Shown piece by piece: positions 40,390 to 56,659 of a stretch of 64,000 nucleotides of DNA (positions are counted from its first letter, which is position 1; each line of letters starts with the position of its first letter). A program made the position numbers and the translations under genes. Under the pieces are notes generated by a model. It saw only the letters and a program-made list of their open reading frames with translations. It searched no databases and was not told where the DNA came from. Source of the DNA: Eledone cirrhosa (Eukaryota); NCBI GenBank assembly GCA_964016885.1, contig OZ024742.1, positions 114,638,001 to 114,702,000 of the forward strand, given 5' to 3'.

Positions 40390-41728
40390 TATGATAATAA
40401 TGGAGCTGCGGCGTTGAAAATGGGTTACATATGAAAAAGTTTGTCCTTCATCAGTGGCCTTCCAACCGTCGTAGGCATTTCGTCGCTTTAAAGGCCATAT
40501 ACCTCAGGTTGGTGCGAGCAACGGTTAAAAAAAGTCGTTGGGGCACGTAAATAAAGGGGGCGCTAGGATAAACAAACAAAATGGTTTAAGCAACAGAAAG
40601 TGATGAAGAAGAAAGAAACAAGTCCCAGATTTCTATGAATATAAATTCGGTGGAATCGTGAACGAGAGAATAAAGACCATCACACCTGGTTGAAATGTGA
40701 GCAAAGAAGGAATTTCGCACAGGTCTAACGGGAAGAAGAAGGGGTCTGGTCCGCGAATTCGGTAAACATAAGTTCTGTGAAGTCGCAGACGAGAGAGAGA
40801 GAGATAAAACAAAATTCATACCGGCTTGGCCAAGTGCGCGCGAGAAAAAGGATTACAGACAGGTCAAACGGGAAGAAAGGGGAGGAGGAGAGGTAGTGAC
40901 AGAGAATGAGTGAGTGAAAGGTGAGGAAGAGGCTAACAGAGAGAGAGAGAGACTGCTAGAAAGGGTAAAGATACAAAGAACGAAACAGACGAGTAGCAGC
41001 GGAGCAAAAAATATGTGTAAATATGATAATAATGGAGCTGCGGCGTTGCAAATGGGTTACATATGGAAGGCCACTGATGAAGGATAAACTTTTTCATATG
41101 TAACCCATTTGAAACGCCGCAGCTCCATTATTATCATATTTACACATATATTTTTTCCTCCGCTGCTACACGTCTGTTTCGTTCTTTGTATCTTTACCCT
41201 TTCTAGCAGTCTCTCTCTCTCTCTGTTAGCCTCTTCCTCACCTTTCACTCACTCATTCTCTGTCACTACCTCTCCTCCTCCCCTTTCTTCCCGTTTGATC
41301 TGTCCGTAATCCTTTTCTCGCGCGCACTTGGCCAAGCCGGTATGAATTGTTTTTCTCTCTCTCTCTCTTTCGTCTGCGACTTCACAGAACTTATGTTTAC
41401 CGAATTCGCGGACCAGACCCCTTCTTCCTCCCGTTAGACCTGTGCGAAATTCCTTCCTTGCTCACATTTTAACCAGGTTTGATGGTCTTTATTCCCTCTT
41501 TCACGATTCCACCGAATTTATATTCATAGAAATCTGGGACTTGTTTCTTTCTTCTTCATCACTTTCTGTTGCTTAAACCATTTTGTTTGTTTACCCTAGC
41601 GTCCCCTTTATTTACGTGTCCCAACGACTTTTTAGCCGTTGCTCGCACCAACCTGAGGTATATGGCCTTTAAAGCGACGAAATGCCTACGACGGTTGGAA
41701 GGCCACTGATGAAGGACAAACTTTTTTA
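40390..41728. mobile_element. Head-to-head pair of a terminally redundant 632-bp non-coding unit
   Basis: 40391-41065 is inverted relative to 41063-41728; gaaggccactgatgaagg at 41066 and 41698; atgataataatggagctgcggcg at 40391 and 41023. Confidence 0.88.
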
Positions 41729-41744
41729 TATATATATATATATG

Positions 41745-43870
41745 AAGAAAAAAAGATAAAATCGAAAATGCAACTGGAGTCTTATTTAAAAATATATATA
41801 TATATATATTTATTTGGTTCCTTTACCGGTTTCGCAATTCTTCTGCTTTTCAAACGTAGAGGTGAAATGGAGGGTCTGTGGTTTTTCTCACATCTGGTTG
41901 GTCTTTGAATGTTACTTGTTTATATGGAAAAAAGTGGCTCGAAACGCCAGGTCTTTAGAGAAGTAATTTGATTTGTGGTCAATAAGTATAATAAATTTCG
42001 CGCCAGTTCGCGTTACAAATTTCTTCAAACAAGGGGGAGGGGGCTCAGGTTGTTTTTTTATATATGAGTGTTTGAATTTCTTTTTACTTAAAAAAAGGGG
42101 GCTAACGAAGGCTTTTTTTTATAAATGTAATAACACAACCCAAGAAATGCGGAAGCTTACAACACAATTCACAAGAACATCCCACTACTGAAACAAGACA
42201 CAAGAATGAACAAAGCCCTTGAAACACACACAATAATCAAAGGCAAAAGATAACCGACTGAAAACATTACTCACCAATGCCAAATTACCTACCACAAACC
42301 CACAACCAACTGTCAAAAATGTGGTCGCTCTAATTGTGGAACCTGCACTCACATCATTGAAGGCAACACGTATACATATAAACCAGGAAAAAATGTTGCT
42401 GTAAAAAATCACTTCACTTGCTCATCAAAAAATCTGCTTTATGCCATTAAATGTAAAGGATGAATGAAGATTATATCGGACAAACTAAACTCACACTCAG
42501 AAACAGAATGACAGTTCATCGCCACCAATTACGAGATCCAACCACGAGACATATACCACTAAGCGCACATCTAGACATATGCGCATGTAATAAGACACCC
42601 ATGTCTTCCCATTTTACCTCTGCGATGACAATACAACAGAACAAATACGAATAAATAAGAAAAATATGTGTATTCAAAAATATAGACCATTATTAAATAT
42701 GGTTTACTATACATTATGTCAACACCATAACATGCTAACCATCCAAACAATAACATACACACACACATAACACCTTCTACTTCATAAAATAGAAACCCGA
42801 ACTAAATAAACCTTAACATACGTTTGCGCTGACAATACAACAGAACAAATACGTATATAAGGAAAATATGTTCATTCAAAAATATTCCTACTAACGGAAG
42901 CATGTTTCTACACACACACACACACACACACAATATATATATATATATTCTCTTCATCTTAACATGCTACCCATACCCCCACACACACATAACACGCATA
43001 CACATACATCATACCCCCACACACATAAATCCCTCCCCTATTTCTACTAATAGAATCATCTTCCTATACACACACACACACACACAAGCACACAAATACA
43101 CATACATATCTCTACTTTCTTTATTTCAATAGGAAATCTGAATTCTGACACCCCAGCGAACCAGCCATATTCACTGAAACCAGAACAAATTCTCCCATCC
43201 CATTTCTCTTGACCATTATCTGTTGCTTGTCATAAAATTCTCTGAAAGGGAACAAGATAAATTCCCAAATACGGGCGTGATTTAATGAACTTGTTCCCGT
43301 GACAGTCATAATTTCATTTAAAACTAATCAAATTACATTTATTAAAAAACGCCTTCGTGAGCTACTTTTTTAAAGTAAAAAGAAATTCTAACAAACTTAC
43401 GCGAAAGCTGATATACTTATTCACGTGACTACATCAACCAACCAAACTTCACTCATATATGAAAAATCAACCTGCTATATTCACTGAACCAGGTCATTCT
43501 CCCATCCCATTTATCTTGACCATTATCTTTTGTTTGTCATAAAAAGAAATTCAAACACTCATACATGAAAAAACAACCTGAGCCATCTCCCCCTTGTTTC
43601 GAACTGACGCGAAATTTATTATACTTATTGACCAACCTATAACATTTCTTCTCTAAAAACCTGGCGTTTCGTGCCACTTTTTTCCATATAAAACAAGTAA
43701 CATTCTAAAACCAACCAGATGTGAGAAATACCACAGACTCTCCATCTCAACTCTAATTTTGAAAAGCAGAAGAACTGCGAAACCGGTAGAGGAACCAAAT
43801 AAATATATATATATATTTTTTTAAATAAGACTCCAGTTACATTTTCGATTACATATTTTTTTCTTTATAC
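41745..43870. mobile_element. 5'-truncated PLE (GIY-YIG remnant 42130-42700, plus strand) with inverted pLTR
   Basis: 41750-42100 is inverted relative to 43540-43865; FTCSSKNLLYAIKCKG..EDYIGQT..RNRMTVH; HHR-like ttgaaaa gcag..ctgc GAAA ccgg TA at 43759-43790. Confidence 0.8.
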
Positions 43871-43929
43871 TTTCGCTCGTGTAGGACACCTCCTTTTATT
43901 TTCATTTTGCAAAGAAACCTCACTTTCTG

Positions 43930-44030
<101 letters not shown>

Positions 44031-44052
44031 CACGCAAATACACACACAGGCA

Positions 44053-44087
<35 letters not shown>

Positions 44088-44483
44088 TTCAATCACATAA
44101 ATGTTCAATCACATATATTTTTACTTGTTTGACCCGAATTACTTGGTGGTTTCTTTGGTTGTGCGGGTGTTTGTTTAACCATCGTCTCAGTGTGTTTGGC
44201 CTTTAAAGTATGTTGTAGCTCTGGTTCATCTGAATCATCGAGCGCTTGCCACACATCTCGGAAGTTGTTTCTCGTTAATTCCTGAGCCGAAATACGATTC
44301 TCGCTAATTTATATATATATATATATTAGTAAGTAAGTTAATTTTATAATTTTCTTGTTTTACGTCTCTCATATTATTGTTCTGCAACCCCATGCATTGA
44401 ACCACAACGTTACTAAGACAAAACCTATATGTTTGCTAGCATTGATATGCATCTGTATGTATATATATGTTACTAGATATTAA

Positions 44484-44522
<39 letters not shown>

Positions 44523-45323
44523 TCACTGAAAATATAATTACGTAAGATATTTCGTAAGACTAAATAATGTCCTAAGTTTTCACCAGTTATCTTTAAATCT
44601 GTCTTGTGAAGTGAATTTACCAGCCGATTTGAGCAGATTTCCCCAATGCCACAAGAACTTGATGAAGATAACACAGACAATCTTCAAAATGTTTTGCTAT
44701 GAATATTGCAGAGGAATATTTTCAGTAAACTTATTCGTGTCTCCAAAAGTATATTATTTCCTATAACACCAAGTAAAATACTTAAACACATAATACTAAA
44801 GGGTAGACCTCGGCTACGAAAACCTCATTAAATATGCCTTATTATACACATTGGTTCTTCGCATTTAATGTTTACACAAAATTAATGATATTTGTGTGAT
44901 CCTCCTCAATATATATGTTATCATCCTTCCGTAATACTATTTATGTCTATTTGATACCTTGTTTATAATGAATCACTACGGGAGATTCTACGTCATCACA
45001 TTACGTGATGCAAATATCATGTCTACCTCAAATAAGAAAACATACAATAATATAGCCTCTACATATCAGTAAAAAGACAAAATAAAGGCAAATAATAAAG
45101 TGCTGTGTGCATACATGTGTTACATTATCAATAAATTTATCATGTGATAAATATTATCATTTTAGTTCAATAATTAATCACATTTACGAATTTATTATTT
45201 TGTAGTTCAGAATTGATTGCGTGATTAATGAGGCCTCTTTTGAAACACGTGTTTGAATTTTCGATTAAACTGTGCATCAACTAAACATGTATGTTTGAAA
45301 GTATACACACACACATATATATG

Positions 45324-45368
<45 letters not shown>

Positions 45369-45416
45369 GAAAGTATACACACACACATATATGTTTGAAA
45401 GTATACACACGCACAC

Positions 45417-45483
<67 letters not shown>

Positions 45484-45728
45484 TGCAGAGAGAAGGATAG
45501 GCAATCGTGTTTGATTTGAGATATGGACGGATAGATATGGAGGTAGGTGGACAGATTGGTGGTGTATTTTTTGGAATTGTTGCATTGATATACAAAGGTA
45601 GATATGAATAGTCGATGCTATTGGTGACACAGTGAGGGGGAAGGATATTACATAACATTCTCCAATTGCAACTTCCTAAGAATAACGCCTGTTACAAATT
45701 AGGTGCCAACTGTCCATTTAATTTATGG

Positions 45729-45824
<96 letters not shown>

Positions 45825-45834
45825 TATATATAAA

Positions 45835-45886
45835 TGTAAGTATGTATGTATACGTACATACATATATGTATACAGACGTACAGTAG

Positions 45887-45924
<38 letters not shown>

Positions 45925-46340
45925 TATACACATATGCATACAGGTACACATACATATATGCACGCATCAGTTTAGCCGACGTTTATTATAACGCCTGCTT
46001 TGTTCGTTTGTTTGTCAACAAATCGAACAGCCTGAATTTATGCCATACGGTGTTAAGGCAACCACGTCACCTTTTTTTTTTTTTTTTTTTTTTTCGTTCA
46101 ACACTGACACGGGAACGATGTACTAGTTTCAAGCTTGTTAGCTATCATCAGCCCCGTTTACCCATCTGCCAGATAGTTGAACGTTCGAAAGTATATTCTT
46201 TCCTTATGAAAATTAACGGCTGAGCAGCCTAATTTGCACATTGAGTGAGTTAAATCGGTCAGGCATACCGAAAACGATAAGTTGAAAAGTAAGTGCCATA
46301 CTAAGAGTGAGAAATGAAATTTCATTTTCATTTTTTTCAA
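45835..46340 (-). mobile_element. Copy of the 443-bp HHR repeat (minus) with a short inverted tail 46290-46338
   Basis: HHR 46115-46157 minus: CTGATGA tagctaacaagctt GAAA ctag TA catcgt. Confidence 0.8.
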
Positions 46341-46387
<47 letters not shown>

Positions 46388-46393
<6 letters not shown>

Positions 46394-46563
46394 ATACTTG
46401 CGGAGGGTCATATTGTTATAATATTGTCAGAAATAATAATAAAACACACTCACTATATGGTTTGTATTGGTTCTCGCTGTTGTATAGAAAACCAATCGAA
46501 ACAAAAGAGTGAATGTGTTTTATTATTATATCTGGCAATATTGCCCTCCGCACATATAACAAT
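46388..46563. repeat. ~175-bp imperfect hairpin
   Basis: tgcggaggg..aatattgtcaga..aataataaaacacactcact pairs with agtgaatgtgttttattatta..tctggcaatattgccctccgca. Confidence 0.65.
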
Positions 46564-46676
46564 ATTTTTTTCAACACACGATTTTATATCAATAACATTG
46601 TAAAACAAATGTATATATACATGTCATGCTTGTTAATTAATTCTCAAATTATATATATATATATATATAATTCTTA

Positions 46677-46718
<42 letters not shown>

Positions 46719-47079
46719 CGAAGGAAATGTGGTAAGGAACCAGGTGGACCATAACGCACCAAAGTACTCAATACTTGTGGTAGTAGAGTGGGTAATAAGA
46801 AGGCTAATTCTGGACTAGTCCAGAATTAGCCGTCGAGACGGCTTCAGCTCAGCCGTCGGTGTCTTACTTGTTCCTATACATATATATATATATATATATA
46901 TATAGATAATTTAATATATCAACTAACATAAGCGCACAGATGCACGCCCATGCTAGCAAATACACAGGTTATGTCATAGTACCTAGGTGGTTCAATGCAG
47001 GAGAATGCAGAACAATAATATAAAAGACGTAAAATAAGAAAATATTTTTCAAAAAAAGTTTTTAAAAATTTTTTACTTA

Positions 47080-47720
<641 letters not shown>

Positions 47721-48722
47721 ATGGTGGCTGCCAACTCGTTTTCGAGTACGGCCACTACTTTATATCCATGAAGGAGAACCCCTACCGAAGCGCTGAACGA
47801 GTGTGACTTTTTAGTCCAGCCAGCGACTTGAAAACTCTGGTACAAACACTACACTTGTGACAATTATTGACACATAGTGCTGGGCCCATGGTACCATGTG
47901 AGGACAAGTGCAGAGAGATCTCCAGATATAAAGCAATGCCTGTGCCGTGAAGCTTTTATAGTGAGCAAAGGCTCTGCACAAAGCCAGTCCCACTCACTTA
48001 ACCAAGATGATATTTACCAAAAAGAAGAACAAGTCAACATCATTGGATACCATCAGGGTTGCAGGTGTTATATCAGAGTTTTCCTTCTCCTAGAATTCTG
48101 CCTTGACAAAGGCTAAGGGGTCATCTCTCCCGGTGATTTTGGATGGCCATTGACTCTCAAGAGCTCCTTTGCCCTTTGACAGGTTTTGTTTTTAGTCCTG
48201 CAGGATGTCCAAAGTTACCCTCGTCACCAAGAAACCTTGGTGGGGTTGCCAGTTTAGTCGCCAACGACCCGAACATGAGACAGGTTGTACTGGGATACAT
48301 GTTATTAAACACGCTGTGACTTCTCTCTCCCACGTGTAGATGGACGGTCGCTTTAAAAATGATCTTAGTGTTGGCTGAAATGTATAACCTTACACTACGC
48401 TGACGAACATGGGTTATTCCATTTCGGTCAACAACTTACTGGCGAAATAGATCACTTTTGAATTGTACGTGTGTTATATAGTTATAGAGGTATTTATTTA
48501 CGGTTTAATTTATATGTTTAATTATTGTGTCTATACTCTGCCTTTCACAGGCTATAGGTTCCATACACTGCTGGCTTTTCCCTGTTTTATTGATAGCGCA
48601 CTGTATCTCTCTCTAGTGTGTTACCTTTTCAACATGTTGTATTTTAAAGAGCTCAGGATTTCCTCTCCTTTGAGCACATTATTTATAGGGAACGGCGAGA
48701 GTATATGGCTCCGTTAATATTT

Positions 48723-48819
<97 letters not shown>

Positions 48820-48821
48820 TA

Positions 48822-48934
48822 TATTTTAAAAGGTATCTATATTTGAACTTCTAATTAAACTGTAATTAGTTACCTACCTAGCTATGTGTGCTTATATTCT
48901 TTACAAATTATTCCCTGTGATTGTTTCATATGTT

Positions 48935-48973
<39 letters not shown>

Positions 48974-49455
48974 AATCTATTTCTAGTTGATATGTAATGC
49001 TCGGATCTATTCATTGGAATCTTTGAGCTTATTCTACAGCGGATATGGCGCATGTCTCTTAAAAATACAACATGTGGTTCGAGTCATTAACGGATTTGCA
49101 TTTGCTTTGTAAACGCAGATAGTTATCTTCTCCTCTGGTTACGATCCGGCCGGGAATTTGACTACTGTGATTTACGGATTAATTGGTGAAATATATTTTT
49201 TACATAAAGAAATATATACAAAGGAGATTAATCATTTTAACAGGTATCTATATTTGAAGTTCTAATTAAACTTTAATAAGTTACCTACCTAGCTATGTGT
49301 GCTTAGATTCTTTACAAATTATTACCTGTGATTGTTTCATATGTTTATTTTATATATATATGTCAATCTATTTCTTGTTGATAGGTAATGCTCAGGTCTA
49401 TTCATTGGAATCTTTGAGCTTATTCTACAGAGGACATGGTGCATGTCTCTCAGAC
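48822..49455 (+). repeat. Direct repeat (~230 bp, period ~410)
   Basis: aggtatctatatttgaa.ttctaattaaac at ~48830 and ~49242. Confidence 0.75.
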
Positions 49456-49494
49456 ATGACAAACCATAATTTTAATTTTGGATATATATATATA

Positions 49495-50603
49495 TATTGA
49501 AAGAATAACAAGGACGATTATTACTCTTTCATTGCATTTATTGGCAGGTGACGCGCGTTTCGCCACTGATCAGCTCAAGATTCGATCTGTATCGATCCTC
49601 ACGACTAAAAAATCGGCGGCTCCCTTTAAAATACTATAAGAAAATGAAATACATGCTATGTGGTAAAGCCAGAATTTTAAGAGTTTGACAAAATGAGTTG
49701 TTTTCATTGGTGGGACTGTAGGTTATGTGGGGGTGGATGTGATGATGACATGTTGGTGACGGTCGATGGCTGCGATGGGCTGTGCTGTGGTGGTGGCTTG
49801 ATGGCTTTGGCCTGTAGTGTATCTGGGGTTGGATGTGATGATGGGATGTTTGTGACGGTCGGTGGCTGGATGGTCTGTGGTTTGGTGGTGGCGGGTTGGA
49901 TTTGGCCTCTAGTGTATGTAGGGGTGGATGTGATGATAAAATGGTGGTTATGGTCGCTTACTGGGATGGAATGTGGTGGGATGTTAGTTGGTTGTCGGTA
50001 GACGGGTTGGCGCGTGTGGGGTGTGTTTGTGGTGTTGTTGTTTATGGAAGTGGCGTTTGTGGTGGATGTGTTGGTGGTGTCGAGTCCTTGGGGAGATATA
50101 TACCTAGACACTCTTAGTCTGACAAATACGTTGTATACATAAACATATATATATTCATGCTCATATATACTGATATATATACACACGAACACACCAACAT
50201 ACACACACACACACCCGCGCCCACACATATCCACACACACATATATATCCATATGCATATATACACACATGTATGTGCCACGGGCGTGTAAATATATAGA
50301 GGGAGAGTGGGGGAGTATCGGTGGGTGTGGCGCTAGGACAAAGATGGAGGGAAGGTGAGAGCCAATGGAGATGGTGTTATGCATATACACATACACATAC
50401 ATACACACATGCGGATATGCGAACATACACGTACACACACGTATACATAAACATACACATACCCCCCACACACGTATACACACACATACTAACACACACA
50501 CACACATACATGTATATACACACACACACATACATGTATATACACACACACCCACATACATGTATATATACACACACATACATGTATATACACACACACA
50601 TTA

Positions 50604-50690
<87 letters not shown>

Positions 50691-50739
50691 ATAAACGTGC
50701 TGCGTGGTTGCTAATGGGTTACATATGAATAAAGTTATA

Positions 50740-50779
<40 letters not shown>

Positions 50780-53530
50780 CATATATATGAATACACGCTC
50801 GCATATGTATACGCACGTATATGTGAAAAATACTTACACACATACACACACACTTGCGTTGGTTCGAGACGGGAGGTATGTGTTGGCGGTGTTGATGAAG
50901 TATGGAGAGTTGTGTCTTGTGGTGGTGGTGGAGTTGTGAGCGACAAAAATATACAGGATCGTATAGTACGATGGGTTACAGGTTAAAAGTTCACATAGGT
51001 AACGCGGGGAGAAAGAGTTTATGGACGTATAGCGATGTGTGTTGTGGTCATGTTGGTGGGGTGGTACTGGGGTGATATGTTCGACGAAATGATTACATGA
51101 TCAGAAGTTATGGTGGGTTTCAGTGTAAGGCAGACGGGGGGCGGATATAACACAGTCGATCTGGGAGTGAGGGCTGATATGTGTTGATGATGTTAATGAT
51201 TGTTGAAGTATGTGGATGTATTTAGTGGTGGCGGTGGTGGTGTGTGCGACAGTACATTTACAGGGTCGAATTTAGCGTGGGGTTGTATGTTAGGGTAGAC
51301 AGAGGGAACATGGGGGATAACGTTGCGGGTGTGGATGGTAGACATATGACGATGTGTGGTGTGGTGTGGTGGTGGTGGCGATGGTGTGTCATGATCGACA
51401 TTGTATTTACAGGATCAGATGTTAGGTAAAACCTGACAGAGAGGACAGATAGAACACAATGTTGCAAAGATGAGGGGTTTATGGCGATATGATGTTTGGA
51501 GGGGGTGATGTATGCGGCATGATATAGAAAATACGGGCTTACAAATGTTTACATGCAATACAATAAAATAAATTCGCTGAGATGGGCAATGGGGAGACGG
51601 GGCAGAGGTGGTTATTATTATGATGGGTCATGGTTAGTGCGCGGCCCTACCCCGAATATTTGTCCGGAAAAAGTATTCAGCTTGGTGTGTCTTTAATCGA
51701 CAATTATGTCTGACCTTTAGTTTAAGGCAGATTTTAATTTAATTATTACTGCCGCCTCAGCCAGGCATAACCTGCAGTGGTTTCTGTCACTGGGGAGTTG
51801 TGCCACGCGTCTTTTCACTGACCACGAGATCTGGAGTTCGATATTCCTGTCCTTGAGGTCCCATATCAAATCGGCCAGTCTGGTGTGGGATCGTTTCAGC
51901 CTATGTTTAAAGGAGCTTCTGTGGTTATACCAGCGCTCCTTAAACGTAGTGGATATCGCACCTATATATGAGTACTCCTTATTGCCGGCTGTGACATCAC
52001 ACCGGTAAACAATGCTTTTAACGAGGCACACCCCGTTTAGTGGGCATTCGGCCAGTGTTTTGCAGTTGCAGTTGGGTGTAACCGGTGTGGTGGCACTTTG
52101 GCGGTTGGTGTCATGCGGTGTGGGTCTGGTGTGTGGGTTGTTGTGTTGTGTTGTGTGTGTGGTTTCGTTCTGGATTGTGTTGGTGCTTTGTTGTGGGGCA
52201 ACCATGTGTTTTCGTATGTTTGTCCTATTAGTGTGTGCTATTGTGTGGCCTAGATTTGGTGCTGTGGAGAAAGAGAATTTTACAGTGTGTCTATTGAAGA
52301 ACTTGTGGTATTTATGTGTGCGTGGAAAAGATTGTTCGAGAGACCGGAAGAAGGTTCCCGGTATATTGGTGGCAGGTCTACTTCGGTTTCTGCGGTGTTT
52401 AGTGAGGTTTTTGTCGTTGGGTGGTAGTTTGTGTGTGTTTTGGTCGGGCGTATAGGGGTTCAAGTAATCTATCGGTGTTATGCCTTTTGTCTCTATTGCT
52501 ACGAAAATGTGTGCGATAGTCGGAGTCCTTATTGGGGTTGGAGAGTATGGTTTTATCTCCTTGATAGTTGTGCGAGACGCTGGTTGCCCTGCCGGCTACC
52601 GAGGGTCTTAGGTTATTATTTGTCCTAGGTGTGGAGATATCTTCTATGTTCGTTTCTAAGGGTCCAGTTATGTTTAGCGGCCTTACGGTTCTATTTGGGT
52701 CGATGTAAGAAATATTTTCAGTGTAACCAGCGAATACTACAACTCCGCACTTGTAAACGCTGGTTACGCTGAGAATATTTCTTACATCGACCCAAATAGA
52801 ACCGTAACGCCGCAAGGCTCTCACCTTCCCTCCATCTTTGTCCTACGCCACACCCACCGATACTCCCCCACTCTCCCTATATATATCCACACGCGCGTGG
52901 CACATACATGTGTGTATATATGCATATCGATATATATGTGCGTGTGGATATGTGTGGGCGAGGGTGCGTGTGTGTGTGTATGTGGGTGTGTTCGTGTGTA
53001 TATATATCAGTATATATGCACATGTATACATATATGTATATGTATACAACGTATTTGTCAGACTAAGAGTGTCTAGGTGTGTATCTCACCAATGACTCGA
53101 CACCACCAAAACATCCACCATACCACCACAAACGCCACTCCATAAACAACAACACCACAACCGCACTCCACACAAGTCAACCCGTCTACCGACAACCCAC
53201 CAACCACAACCACAGCCCATCCTTGTAAGCGACCACAACCACCATATTATCATCACATCCACCCCTACATACACTACAGGCCAGTACATCCCTTTGATCC
53301 ATCCCACCAATCAAAACAACTCATTTTGTCAAACCCTTGAAATTCTGGCTTTACCACATAGCATGTATTTCATTTTCTTATAGCATCTTAAAGGGTCCAT
53401 CGAACCGCTGATTATTGAGTCGGGTAGGATCGATACAGATCGAACCTTCAGGTGATCCGTGGCGAGACGCGCGTCACCTATCAATAAATGATTTGAAGGA
53501 GTAATCAATCGTCCTTGTTATCCTTTCAAT
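49495..53530. mobile_element. Naiad-like PLE on the minus strand (49495-52735) joined head-to-head to an internally deleted plus copy (52740-53530)
   Basis: ORF 51717..52463: HKFFNRHTVKFSFST, CNCK..CPLNGVCL, IVY..YIGAIS, CRLC; 49495-50365 inverted to 52815-53530; 52682-52730 inverted to 52757-52808. Confidence 0.88.
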
Positions 53531-53618
53531 ATATTACACTCCGTATAGCTCTACACCTCATCCCAGAAGCGAACCTAAACATCGAGTGCTCTCTTAGGTG
53601 AACCTGCAGTAACTCCCT

Positions 53619-53698
<80 letters not shown>

Positions 53699-54848
53699 CA
53701 GGAATATAGATCGACATACAATAATTTTAATCTTGTTGCGCCATAACCGCCCACTGCTGTTATAGTGCCAGAAGGTCACGTTTTCTCAAACTATAATATT
53801 ATAGACACAACAATACACTATTATATTGTAACATGTAACATAAAACTCACTAGGAGATATGGTAAAGATAACCGTTATATTAGTCAATACTGTGCGGTTT
53901 GAAGTCGAGAAACGTCGTACACATTTCCATTATGACGAACCGAAAATTTGCACAGCTGGGAGGATAGTATTCATCAGTAGGCTGTTATAAAAGCGATATG
54001 TGTTATCTGATATTCCCTAAGAAGACAAAGTCAGGACTTGACACCACATGCATTGTCATATTCCCTGCCACAATAATTACAGCAGTTAGGGGGAGGAAGT
54101 AGGTTTGCCGTAAATACTCACGTCATGCACAAACGGTATATACGAAATTATCCCGAGCATAATTTAAAAGGAATAAAGACCATATGTAGTAATTACTATC
54201 TCATTGCATCACGACAGTTCAAAGAATGCATGTGTGACAAACCGTATAAAAGTGTACTTGTAAAAAATAATCAAATATATATCTTGTAACATAAGAAGAG
54301 GCTGTCGCAAAAAGATATATATTTATAATTTAATAAACCTAGCAGATACATCTAATAATACACTTCTTATAGGAGTCTGATATTCAGTTTGATATTAAAG
54401 ACATCCCGGACTTGTGCTTCCGAATATAGAATTCTATTCTCCGCCACAGCATGGCCGCTGTCAATGACAAAAACATGGAAAATGATCAAACAATTCTGAC
54501 GAGATACAATGATCGGACCATGACAACTGAAGTTATGTTTCAGCAATAACTTCAAAACTGACCTTCAACATCTTTTTATGGAGACGAACATGGCATCAAA
54601 AGCCTCCAGGCTGCGCCAACTGCTAATGTTTCATACAAACAAATAATTTCAGAGAGAGGTTTACATGAAGTTCAACAATAAAAGTTAATAATGTGTTGCA
54701 AATTCAATAGATATATAGTTTGGACAATTGTGCTAGAAAAATCTAAATATGTTGAAATGTAAATCAAAACTAGGGAAACAGAACAAAAGAACAAAATTAT
54801 TTTTAAACTTATCACGATTCCAATATAACAGGCATTAAATAAGTAGCG

Positions 54849-54911
<63 letters not shown>

Positions 54912-54935
54912 TATATTTATATGTGTGTGTGTGTG

Positions 54936-55006
<71 letters not shown>

Positions 55007-55257
55007 TATTGCAAGGTTACACCAGTGTCATAAGAGCCAAGAGGGTCATCCTTCAGGGCAATTATCAAAGCAAAACTTTGATAAGTTCCCTTGGACACGA
55101 AACCTCATGTCAAGGACTCTCTGGTTTAGCTTCGTAACATCAAGGAAATATGTATCATTGTCGAGAAAAATTATTATTTCACCCATATGTACTACAAAAT
55201 CTACACACATATGTTTATGCATGTGTTTAAGCATGCTTATGCATATGTTTATGCATT

Positions 55258-55319
<62 letters not shown>

Positions 55320-55323
<4 letters not shown>

Positions 55324-55525
55324 ATAAAAAACGGAGAATCAGTGGTTCGACAAATAAGATTTATTAGACATATTACATTCAAGACGTATCTGTGGATCTT
55401 GCGATTTCAAAGTCAGGTTTAATCATTGCATCGATCGTGCCTCGAGCTTAGGCAAGTGAAACAATTGTAATATGTCTAATAAATCTTATTTGTCGCACCA
55501 CTGATTCTCCGTTTCTTACGTGATA
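55320..55525. repeat. Short inverted pair ending at an HHR-like GAAA caattg TA
   Basis: 55320-55378 is inverted relative to 55463-55523. Confidence 0.65.
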
Positions 55526-55599
55526 TTATACTCTGCTCTGTAAGAACATCGAGTGCCCAAGCAGCATACCGCTTAAGTACGCTTTAAGCATCCCACACC

Positions 55600-55694
<95 letters not shown>

Positions 55695-55713
55695 CATACA
55701 TATATATATATAT

Positions 55714-56395
<682 letters not shown>

Positions 56396-56562
56396 TTTAT
56401 GCTCTGTGCACCTAACCTCTGCATGAAGCCAGCCACCTAGCTGGTTTCCACTGCATATTGCACACGCCTTTACGCTTTGGATTCTAACTAATGCACCAAT
56501 CTCTCCTCTCCTATCTCGTCTCCTATCTCCATCTCTCTCTCTGAGATTGGTTACTCTTGTAA

Positions 56563-56624
<62 letters not shown>

Positions 56625-56659
56625 TATAAAGAAAAAGAGATGAAATCGAAAATGCAACT

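Noticed and set aside
42450-42470. CKG-TGA at a CxxC position as possible selenocysteine
   Set aside because: Coincides with a 1-nt deletion in a decayed copy; TGT and TGA ancestry cannot be distinguished
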